A stretch of 64,000 nt of DNA from Caldisericia bacterium. GTDB taxonomy: Bacteria; Caldisericota; Caldisericia; JAAYUI01. The stretch's first letter is position 1. Each line of letters starts with the position of its first letter. The stretch is taken from positions 928,001-992,000 of the forward strand of contig OY771555.1 of assembly GCA_963674785.1 (NCBI GenBank), read 5' to 3'. This document shows positions 19,930 through 27,928 of the stretch, piece after piece. The position numbers and the translations under genes were made by a program. The notes below the pieces were generated by a model, which saw nothing but the letters and a program-made list of their open reading frames with translations, was not told the origin of the DNA and did not search any database.

Positions 19930-21294
19930 TTATCCTTCAATTACTGCATAATTCCTGTTTTCTATGAGCCCAACACGCTTTGAAATCTCAACATATTTTT
20001 TGAGTAGTTGTGCAATCTCAGATTTTGTTTTTATACAAAAAGGTTCTGAGATTGCACCTTTTTTCTCAAATGCTGTTGCTGCACATCCTCCTCCACATAT
20101 AGGTACAATTGGACAATTTGAATCTATACATTTCTTCACTCGAATAAAACCACTTTCCAACCAATGTGTTTCACCATTATCTTTGTAAAAACCGTTTGAG
20201 TTCACATTTCCAACCGAATGACTTTCATTGCCAACAAAACTCCAGCATCTACCTATGTTTCCATCAGGATCAATAACGTAGTTATGGAATGAATGAGAGC
20301 TACACGGGGAAGTTATAAAGGTTTGTAAATACCTTTTTTTGAGTTCAAAAATATCTTTTATGAAACCATATTTATCCAATTCTTCTAGCCATTTTGTCAT
20401 AAAGCCATAGCGTTTTGGTTGTGGAATACAATTACATTCATATGAGGTGCTATCACCAGTCAATGACTGTATGAATGATGGGTGAATAGAAATTTTTTCA
20501 TTTTCCAGAAGCCCGTGTTGCCTTAAATCTGAAATCACTTCAGGAAGTGAGTCAGCATTTTTTGTGTCGAGATTAATCCTCAGTGCAATATGAGTTTTAG
20601 GTATCGTTTCCAATGCAGCTTTGATCCCCTCTATTATCAAGTCATATGAAGGTTTTCCACTTATGTATGTTCTTTGTTTGTCGTGGAATCTTCTCGAACC
20701 ATGTAAAGTCACTTGAATGTTTTTTAGAGGAAGATGTTTAAAATAATGTATATTACTTGTTAACAGTGATCCATTTGTAACCATCATCATATTTGTATTG
20801 GTGTTTGGATGATTTTTTGAGATGTATTCGAAAGTTTCTGTAAAAAAATGTGGTTGTAGTAAAGGTTCTCCACCATAACACCCAAGCAAAACCTCATAAA
20901 TATCATATTTTGCTATTCGTGATGAAATAAACCGCTTTAGATTTTCAAATGTACCCGTTGTCATCACTTTAGAATTTCTATGTTCATAGCAATATGGACA
21001 TGCAAAGTTGCAATTTAGTGTTGGAGCAAGAAGTATTCCCATTCTTTTTCCATCTTTTCCCCAGATATTTCTGAAGAAACCTAAAATCTTATCATCATTA
21101 GTGCTTTTATCATCAACCATAAAGCACGTTTTCAAAAGGTCTTTTGCAAGTGATGAGCTTTCTTCAATCAACTCAGGTTTTTCTATTATCCATGAGGGGA
21201 AGACTGCAATTGACCTTGTTATTGATGAAAGTGCGACATATTCATTCTCATTTATTTTTTCATAAAAAACATACTTAGAGAGGCGGAGACTCAT
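19930..21294 (-). CDS. Radical SAM/SPASM domain peptide maturase with N-terminal RRE-like region
   Basis: CNFACPYC (CxxxCxxC), GGEPLL, VTNG; 7-Cys SPASM C-x13-G-x4-C ... C-x4-C-x5-C-x3-C-x15-C; ~85-aa N-terminal extension. Confidence 0.92.
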   Translation of the reverse strand: MSLRLSKYVFYEKINENEYVALSSITRSIAVFPSWIIEKPELIEESSSLAKDLLKTCFMVDDKSTNDDKILGFFRNIWGKDGKRMGILLAPTLNCNFACPYCYEHRNSKVMTTGTFENLKRFISSRIAKYDIYEVLLGCYGGEPLLQPHFFTETFEYISKNHPNTNTNMMMVTNGSLLTSNIHYFKHLPLKNIQVTLHGSRRFHDKQRTYISGKPSYDLIIEGIKAALETIPKTHIALRINLDTKNADSLPEVISDLRQHGLLENEKISIHPSFIQSLTGDSTSYECNCIPQPKRYGFMTKWLEELDKYGFIKDIFELKKRYLQTFITSPCSSHSFHNYVIDPDGNIGRCWSFVGNESHSVGNVNSNGFYKDNGETHWLESGFIRVKKCIDSNCPIVPICGGGCAATAFEKKGAISEPFCIKTKSEIAQLLKKYVEISKRVGLIENRNYAVIEG

Positions 21295-21308
21295 TGATTC
21301 TTCCTTTT

Positions 21309-21512
21309 TTATTCAGGTTCAGAAATTGGACAGCAATATGTTGCCTGACAGTATATATCACATAGAGAAACGATGTTCATAATATTCGGATCAAATGTAA
21401 CTTTATCTATCCAGCAGACTGATTTTGTTGGCACGATCTCCATTTTTGATAAATCAACTCTATTGCTGTCAATAACTATTTTTATTGAATTTTCATTATG
21501 TTGATAAGTCAT
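21309..21512 (-). CDS. Putative RiPP precursor 4 (67 aa; core ...VSLCDIYCQATYCCPISEPE)
   Basis: AGGAGA RBS; paralogous leader YQHNENS...K.VCWID; 14 nt upstream of the rSAM gene. Confidence 0.85.
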   Translation of the reverse strand: MTYQHNENSIKIVIDSNRVDLSKMEIVPTKSVCWIDKVTFDPNIMNIVSLCDIYCQATYCCPISEPE

Positions 21513-21523
21513 TAAACTTTCTC

Positions 21524-21727
21524 CTATGTTGCTTCATTGTAGCCTTCACAAAACGTTTGAGCACAAAGTGGCTGACAACATGTAACAATATTCATATATC
21601 TTGGATCGTAGTTATTTGTATCTATCCAACAGACTGTTTTTGTAGGTACTTCTTGCATAGTTTGTGGATTGACTAGATTTGAGTTAATTGTAATTGCCAA
21701 AGAATTCTCATCTTTTATATATCCCAT
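21524..21727 (-). CDS. Putative RiPP precursor 3 (67 aa; core ...VTCCQPLCAQTFCEGYNEAT)
   Basis: AAGGAGG RBS; shared leader motifs; Cys-rich C-terminus. Confidence 0.85.
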   Translation of the reverse strand: MGYIKDENSLAITINSNLVNPQTMQEVPTKTVCWIDTNNYDPRYMNIVTCCQPLCAQTFCEGYNEAT

Positions 21728-21736
21728 ATATCCTCC

Positions 21737-21946
21737 TTAACACATGTCATTGTAATTGCCAGAACAGTATGTTGAATGACAATATGTGGCAACGCAGGAA
21801 ACAACCGGAAGATGCATATTCGCATCATAATTTGAGAAATCGAGCCAACATACTTTTAAAATCGGAATTTCTTCCATTGTGTTTGGGTTAAATTGGTTCG
21901 GATTGATTGTAACACGGATAGAATTTTCATTATGCTGATATGACAC
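21737..21946 (-). CDS. Putative RiPP precursor 2 (69 aa; core ...VVSCVATYCHSTYCSGNYNDMC)
   Basis: AGGAGGTGA RBS; shared leader motifs; Cys every fifth residue. Confidence 0.85.
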   Translation of the reverse strand: MSYQHNENSIRVTINPNQFNPNTMEEIPILKVCWLDFSNYDANMHLPVVSCVATYCHSTYCSGNYNDMC

Positions 21947-21957
21947 TCATTCACCTC

Positions 21958-22164
21958 CTAACTGATGTTTCCCTTTGAGTCACAAAAACCAATGTTGCAG
22001 AAATTACTTTGACAGTATCCAACAACTTCCATAGTATTTTGATCAAAATTACTCTTATCTATCCAAACGACGATTTTATTGTTATCAATCTCCATGATTC
22101 CAGTATCAACTAATGTTGAGTTGATACCAATTCTTAAAGAGTCTTGATCATGTATATACGGCAT
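21958..22164 (-). CDS. Putative RiPP precursor 1 (68 aa; core ...VVGYCQSNFCNIGFCDSKGNIS)
   Basis: Start reassigned to ATG 22164 (GAAGGAG RBS), which puts it in register with its three paralogues. Confidence 0.85.
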   Translation of the reverse strand: MPYIHDQDSLRIGINSTLVDTGIMEIDNNKIVVWIDKSNFDQNTMEVVGYCQSNFCNIGFCDSKGNIS

Positions 22165-22264
22165 AAAGCACTCCTTCCATAAGTTTCCACCCCTCACTAA
22201 TTCACAATATAGAGGGGCTGTGACAGTGTACAATTAAACTTCCTTAACTGAAATAGCGACATTC

Positions 22265-22283
22265 TTAGCATTAATATTGCTAA
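22265..22283. promoter_or_regulatory. Palindromic operator-like site upstream of the peptide cluster
   Basis: TTAGCA-ttaatat-TGCTAA, next to a minus-strand TGa-TATATT -10-like box. Confidence 0.4.
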
Positions 22284-22421
22284 TATATCATTTCTTAATG
22301 TAAGTTTATATTATTTCCAGAATTATGAATGACTTCTGTTAGATAGGTATAAATTGATAAAATCCATGATTATGACAAAAACAAAGTTGACCAACCCCCA
22401 TTTTTTTGATAAAAAATAAGC

Positions 22422-23492
22422 ATGAGAAAATTCTTAGTTCCAGTTTTACTTCTTGTTGTTTTTGTTGCTTGTTCATGTGGGAAACCAATGCCAAACCAAA
22501 AACATCTCGACTCGTTTTCGATGCTTCCTGATTTTGTTGTCACAAAGTCAAGTGAATCGGGAAACAGTGTGACACTGTATTCCTTTGATATGGAGGCAAT
22601 CAGGGCAAACATCCAGATTGATAAAGAAAAACCACATACAGGTCAGGTCAATAATCTTGGAATAGCTGTAAGCAGAAACTATGAGAAAAATGCGGAACTT
22701 GGAATACTCGATCTTGAAAAAATGAAATATATAGCGACTTGCCCATATTGGAATGTCCAAGCATTTACACCTGCTGGTGGGCTTTTGGAAAAAATATCTG
22801 ATGCCGGATTTATTGAAGAGATCATTGGTGATGGGTATCTTCTGACGAAGGATTTTGAAGACAACATCACAGCCGAACTTGCGCCAGTTAACTGTTTTGT
22901 TGATGATACAATTGTTCAGGTCACAACAACAGCAAAACTTCAAAAAGAGGCAGTAACTTTGATGCTAATGGAGGAAGGCAACAGAGTTGATAAATTCCCC
23001 GCAATTTCTGAGATATTAAAATTGATGCCAGAATACCAAGCAGTTTGCCTTGTTTTCAGTTTTGATAGATACAGTGTGCTTGCTGAAGATGGTAGCATTC
23101 CTGGCTTCTTTGATGCTGCTGAGCAGTATGACATGATTCCGAGATTTGAAACATGGGGAAGACCTGATTCATACAGGATGGGTGCGGTCGGATCGTCCGT
23201 TGTTGATGGGGTAGAGCATTCAACAATTGTGCTTCTCTATGATTCTGAAAAGTCGGCGAAAGATGACAAACTGAATGTTGATAAAGCATTGCTTTCTGTT
23301 CCAAGCATGGTTGATGGAAATCCTTGGATGAAACACATGAACTTTGGGAAACCAATCGTCAAGGTTCAAAAAAATGCGATACTAATCGATTTTGATATTG
23401 AGAATCGAAAAAAAGAAGATGGACTCTTTTCAATGCAGATGTTGAAGTTTATGGATAAAACTGGAGATTGGGGGGTATTTTGGAGAAAATAA
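22422..23492 (+). CDS. Lipoprotein, hypothetical
   Basis: Lipobox VACSC; promoter TTGACC-N17-TAAAAA-N6-ATG. Confidence 0.75.
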   Translation: MRKFLVPVLLLVVFVACSCGKPMPNQKHLDSFSMLPDFVVTKSSESGNSVTLYSFDMEAIRANIQIDKEKPHTGQVNNLGIAVSRNYEKNAELGILDLEKMKYIATCPYWNVQAFTPAGGLLEKISDAGFIEEIIGDGYLLTKDFEDNITAELAPVNCFVDDTIVQVTTTAKLQKEAVTLMLMEEGNRVDKFPAISEILKLMPEYQAVCLVFSFDRYSVLAEDGSIPGFFDAAEQYDMIPRFETWGRPDSYRMGAVGSSVVDGVEHSTIVLLYDSEKSAKDDKLNVDKALLSVPSMVDGNPWMKHMNFGKPIVKVQKNAILIDFDIENRKKEDGLFSMQMLKFMDKTGDWGVFWRK

Positions 23493-24712
23493 CAAAGTCA
23501 ATTCTTGCTCTTGTACTTGTTTGTTTGCTTAGTGTTTCCTGTGGCGGGGACGGAGTAGACGAAGTTGTCAAGATTTCTGAGCCAAATCCGACAAACCCAA
23601 TACAGCAGGCTTTATCAAAAATGCCTGTTTCAATCATGAATCTTCCTGGAAGAGATCTCAAAATGAAAGCCTTTATCTTCAACAATATCGAATTAACCGT
23701 AAGGAGTAGAAACCTTGCAAATTATATGTTGGTGAATGAAAACGAGCAGATTTCATGGCTTTTTAAGATGGGTCATAATGTCACGTCGTCAATGAATTCA
23801 GTTATCGATTTTGGCAAATGGCATCATACAGATTTTATGAATCAAACAACCTGGAAGATGAATATCTTTGACTACACAAGAGACCATGAGGTTGTTTTCT
23901 CAAAATCTGATAAAGAAGAATTCCTCACCTGGATGCTCAGACACAATTTTGAAGTATACAAATCTGAGCCAGCATTGACCCTGAAACCAGGTAGTGTTTA
24001 TCATAGGGATGCTTATGTTTTTGGTGCCGGTATTGTTCAGGGTGAAGATGGGGCAACATTCATTTGTCGTGAGCTTCCAACAGATGGTACAGTTGATGAT
24101 GCGTTGGCAATTTATGAAGGTACGATGGGTTCCCTTCTTTCTGATCCAGAGATTTATGAAATTTCATCAAGGATTCCAGAGGGTGCTTTCTCTTCAATGA
24201 TCTGTAAACTTGATACATCATATGCAAAACACAATCAGGTCACAACTGCCGATACAACAGGTTTTTCTGGTGTTCCTTTAACTGATGAACAGACCGTTTG
24301 GGTTTCAGTTTATGGAAGACCAAAGGAATTGACTTGGTTTTCAGCTTCACACATCACAAAAGATGGTCATCACGGACTTCTTTGGGAGTTCCAGTATGAA
24401 ACACCTGAGGCAGCAGAGGCTGACTTGACTCCACTTACTGATGCAATTACTGAGGCAAAGGGCAGATTCACAGAAAAGAATTGGTGGGATGAAGACCTTC
24501 ATCTTGAATCCCCTGAGATTTCTGTTGAGGACAATATCATATCAATCTGGTCAGAGTGGATAATCCCCAGGGATGAAAAAAAGAAGATTGAATCTGGTAT
24601 CATGACCGACGAAGAGAAGGAAACTCTCTGGTTTGAATATGTCCGAAGCATCTTTGATCTGTTTGACAAATTCGAACGCCAGGATTACGGTCCACTTTGG
24701 CAGGGGTATTGA
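23480..24712 (+). CDS. Lipoprotein, distant paralogue of the upstream gene
   Basis: Lipobox LSVSC; probable TTG start after a G-rich RBS; shared C-terminal motifs. Confidence 0.7.
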   Translation: MEKITKSILALVLVCLLSVSCGGDGVDEVVKISEPNPTNPIQQALSKMPVSIMNLPGRDLKMKAFIFNNIELTVRSRNLANYMLVNENEQISWLFKMGHNVTSSMNSVIDFGKWHHTDFMNQTTWKMNIFDYTRDHEVVFSKSDKEEFLTWMLRHNFEVYKSEPALTLKPGSVYHRDAYVFGAGIVQGEDGATFICRELPTDGTVDDALAIYEGTMGSLLSDPEIYEISSRIPEGAFSSMICKLDTSYAKHNQVTTADTTGFSGVPLTDEQTVWVSVYGRPKELTWFSASHITKDGHHGLLWEFQYETPEAAEADLTPLTDAITEAKGRFTEKNWWDEDLHLESPEISVEDNIISIWSEWIIPRDEKKKIESGIMTDEEKETLWFEYVRSIFDLFDKFERQDYGPLWQGY

Positions 24713-24713
24713 G

Positions 24714-25772
24714 TTAGATATTTTCAGGTTTCAATTCAAATTGAATTTGATACGTCATTAACTTTATGTTTTGTGATGCCTTAAGAGCGTACTTGAGCTT
24801 TTCTGAATAGTCGCCTGCAATGATTAATCCCTCAACTTGGTTGTCTGATGATGCAAGATTCTCAGATACCCAGCCAATGTATCTTTGAATCTGACCAAGT
24901 GTTTCATCAGATGTTTTGTCTTTTTTAAGTTCGATGACCAACCACCTATCTTCGGTTTTATGGGATGCAAGAATGTCTATTCTACCTATATTTCCAGCAA
25001 TATATTCAACTCCAACGGTTGCACCATCTTCCTTGTGAATCTCCCATTGCCCAAATTCTTTCAGGTTATCCCAATTGCCGGCTAAGAAATCTTGTAGATG
25101 TTTTTCTAATTCAAAGTTGCCGTTGTTTGTGAGAGAACTGCTGGAATAGCCAGAATTTGTAAAATCAACTTCATTTGATTTTTGTATTTCTTCTCGGTAG
25201 ATAAATTCAAACAAGGCGTTGAGAGTCCATTTGTCAATTACCAGTTCTTCTGAAAGAGATCCAAGCATCAGGTTTACCAAAATATGTTTCAATAACACTG
25301 TATCTCCACCATCTGGCCATAAATCAAACTCTTTTATAACGTATTCAGCTGAAGCACTCCATATGCCATACTTATCTGGTTCCGTTATTTGTAGGATGGT
25401 GGTCAATACGTTTTTGTCTAGTCCCTTTATTTTTTGTTTTTCATTTGGGAATGCATATTCAAACCTATCGAACCGATTTTTTGATCTATCAAGAAACCCT
25501 TTGAATACTTGCCGAAGCTCATATATATCTTTTGTTATTTCCTTGGCTAGTTTGTCATAACTCTTCAATTGCTTGTTGTTTTCAAACTTCAAGAATTCAC
25601 AAAAAACTTTTCTGTCAAGTTTTCTTATATTTTCATATTGGAATATTGGTTGGTACTTTGCGATTACTTCATCTTTTGAGGAAACAACCATTTGAAACTC
25701 AGCATCTTTTTTTGCTCTATCTAGTGCTTCTTTGAGTGCAATAATTGCATCATCAAAAGCTTCTTTTGCCAT
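24714..25772 (-). CDS. Endonuclease with C-terminal NucS/DUF91-like PD-(D/E)xK domain
   Basis: LEKHLQDFL...VEY...GRIDILA...VIELKK...LGQIQRY; TAATG coupling to cinA. Confidence 0.75.
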   Translation of the reverse strand: MAKEAFDDAIIALKEALDRAKKDAEFQMVVSSKDEVIAKYQPIFQYENIRKLDRKVFCEFLKFENNKQLKSYDKLAKEITKDIYELRQVFKGFLDRSKNRFDRFEYAFPNEKQKIKGLDKNVLTTILQITEPDKYGIWSASAEYVIKEFDLWPDGGDTVLLKHILVNLMLGSLSEELVIDKWTLNALFEFIYREEIQKSNEVDFTNSGYSSSSLTNNGNFELEKHLQDFLAGNWDNLKEFGQWEIHKEDGATVGVEYIAGNIGRIDILASHKTEDRWLVIELKKDKTSDETLGQIQRYIGWVSENLASSDNQVEGLIIAGDYSEKLKYALKASQNIKLMTYQIQFELKPENI

Positions 25773-26992
25773 TACTTCCCCCTAAGCTGTTTTACCGCTT
25801 CCCACAAAACTCTCATCAAAGTTTTTATCCTGACATCATCCCTTGTCCCGGTGAAGACTTCCCTGATTACAGATACACCATTCGGTGTGGAAATTCCCAT
25901 ATAGACAAGTCCAACTGGTTTTTCTGCTGTCCCACCTGTCGGACCTGCGATTCCAGTTGTCGATATCGTTACATCAGTTTTAAAGACCCTTTTTGCTCCC
26001 TGTGCCATCTCCTTTGCAACCTGTGATGAAACAGCTCCAAAACTAGAAAGTGATTCTTCAGATACACCGAGAATGTCCATTTTTGCTTGGTTTGAATACG
26101 TTACGGCCGAACCCATAAACACATCAGAAGCCCCGGAAATATCTGTCAGCGTTTTTGCAATCAGTCCACCTGTGCATGACTCTGCTGTTGCAATTGACCA
26201 CCCTTTTTCTCTCAGGATTTTAAGTAAGGTTTCTGGTGCAGGATGGTCGAAAATATGATCCTTCAAAAGTCTTTTGATTTGACCGATAGAGTTACTCGAT
26301 TTCTCATCAAACTCTTTTTCATCACTTGCTAATGTTGAAACTCTCAATCTTATCTGCCCAAGCCCAGCGTATGGGGCAACTGAGATTGGATTTTCTGTAT
26401 TGAGGATGTTCCCCAGAATGTCTGCCATTTTTGATTCAGGTAATCCAAGAACATAAAAATCTCTATGGAATTCTTTTGTATTGGTTTCAAGTGTTGGTAG
26501 AACGTGGTTATTCCACATCGGCTCAAGCTCTCTTGGTGGGCCAGGAAGAAGGATTATTATCTTTCTGTCTTTTTCGATCTTTATTCCTGGTGCTGTGCCA
26601 AAAGAGTTTTGAAGGATAATCGAGTTCTTTGGGATGTGTGCCTGATTGAGATTTGATTTTGGCATCTCAATTCCTCTATTTTTAAAAAAATCTTTAATGG
26701 TGTGTTCAACCTTGTCCGAAAAAACCATCGGTAAGGAGAGGAATTCAGCGACCGCAGATTTGGTCAAATCATCAGGTGTTGGGCCAAGTCCACCCGTCAA
26801 AATAATCAGTTCAGATTCATCAAATAGAACCCTCAGGACTTTTTGAATTTCTGCCTTTAGATCTGGAACAACAGCAGTCATTTTTGGAGAAAAGCCGATT
26901 GAGACCAGAGAATTTACTAACCACTTGGTAGTAGTATTGTTGATGCTACCAGACAAAACCTCGTTACCTACTGCGATAATCGAAAATCTCAT
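25772..26992 (-). CDS. cinA: Competence/damage-inducible protein CinA (MoCF-biosynthesis-like + PncC NMN deamidase)
   Basis: AVGNEVLSG, TGGLGPTPDD, LPGPPRE, AESCTGG and TGIAGPTGG. Confidence 0.95.
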   Translation of the reverse strand: MRFSIIAVGNEVLSGSINNTTTKWLVNSLVSIGFSPKMTAVVPDLKAEIQKVLRVLFDESELIILTGGLGPTPDDLTKSAVAEFLSLPMVFSDKVEHTIKDFFKNRGIEMPKSNLNQAHIPKNSIILQNSFGTAPGIKIEKDRKIIILLPGPPRELEPMWNNHVLPTLETNTKEFHRDFYVLGLPESKMADILGNILNTENPISVAPYAGLGQIRLRVSTLASDEKEFDEKSSNSIGQIKRLLKDHIFDHPAPETLLKILREKGWSIATAESCTGGLIAKTLTDISGASDVFMGSAVTYSNQAKMDILGVSEESLSSFGAVSSQVAKEMAQGAKRVFKTDVTISTTGIAGPTGGTAEKPVGLVYMGISTPNGVSVIREVFTGTRDDVRIKTLMRVLWEAVKQLRGK

Positions 26993-27026
26993 AGGTTTAT
27001 TGTGGATTTGAAATCTAGTATGTCAA

Positions 27027-27851
27027 TTATTCTGATAACTGTTTTCTATGTTTCTCAATGTCAAAAGGTTCGAGATATGCAAAATCAGCTCTCCATTCGT
27101 TTTCTTCAAAAACGAAATCCGCTTTAACAATTGCTTTTTGTTCTGATGTTTCTGGGTCACCGATTGCGATCGTAGCAAATACAAATCCCTTCATCGTTTT
27201 ATCATCATCGATGTATTCTGGTTCTGTAGAAAATGCTGGTCCAATCATGATTACATACTCTTCCTCACGGGGAGTTTTCCCGGAAACGGTTTTTATTGCA
27301 AGCTGTTTGTATTCAGCAATTGTATACTCTTCATGAATCCTTTTACTCGATTTGTCCCAAAGTTTTTCGGTATTTGCATCAAGCATCCAGTCAAAGAAAT
27401 CGAGCGACTCACCTCTGAGTTTGTCTGTTATATAGAAGCCCTTATAGTCCTCAGATTGTTGCTCAGCAACAACATTTGCAACCCACCACTGTTCATCATC
27501 AAGGATCATCGGCAATCTGAAGTCTTGTTCCTGGTCGTCAATTGTCAAAAGTCCGTAAACTGAGGCAGTCTCTCCATCTCGAAAAACTCTGCTATTGTAA
27601 ACATCAAAATGGATTCCAGTATCTGAAATAGAAACATTTGTTTCAGGGTTGATCATATAATCATTGAAAACATCCATGTTCATGTTTTCTCGCATTGCAG
27701 GGGTAAGATAGCTATAGGCCGCTTCGAACTCTCCTTGTTCAATAAGACTCAGATATTCCTTTGCCCTTTGTGACACAATATCTGTGCCACAAGAAACGAA
27801 TAAAACCAATCCCAACAATAACGATACTATCCCTAAAACTCTTTTACTCAT
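27027..27851 (-). CDS. Lipoprotein with two NTF2-like repeats
   Basis: Lipobox FVSC; repeats ending DDEQWWV and EENEWRA. Confidence 0.65.
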   Translation of the reverse strand: MSKRVLGIVSLLLGLVLFVSCGTDIVSQRAKEYLSLIEQGEFEAAYSYLTPAMRENMNMDVFNDYMINPETNVSISDTGIHFDVYNSRVFRDGETASVYGLLTIDDQEQDFRLPMILDDEQWWVANVVAEQQSEDYKGFYITDKLRGESLDFFDWMLDANTEKLWDKSSKRIHEEYTIAEYKQLAIKTVSGKTPREEEYVIMIGPAFSTEPEYIDDDKTMKGFVFATIAIGDPETSEQKAIVKADFVFEENEWRADFAYLEPFDIEKHRKQLSE

Positions 27852-27928
27852 GACATTAAGAATATTTTGAATTCCAAATGATTCAACTGCTATAATAGGT
27901 GTCAGAAATAAATGAAAAGAGGAAAATC

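Noticed and set aside
21309-22164. Selenocysteine-containing precursors, prompted by selA in the window
   Set aside because: All four peptides end in TAA or TAG and contain no in-frame TGA
21309-22164. Peptide array as a CRISPR array or DNA tandem repeat
   Set aside because: Similarity is at the protein level with diverged codons; there are no identical 23-47 bp repeats with spacers
22165-22233. 91-aa version of precursor 1 from the ORF track
   Set aside because: ATG 22164 has an SD and aligns with the three paralogues; the extension is 5' UTR
22265-22283. CIRCE element
   Set aside because: CIRCE is TTAGCACTC-N9-GAGTGCTAA; only the outer 6 bp match and the spacing is wrong
27891-27928. Leaderless GTG start at 27899 for the NIF3 gene
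   Set aside because: Only 2 nt from the -10 box; ATG 27929 with a GAGG SD is more plausible
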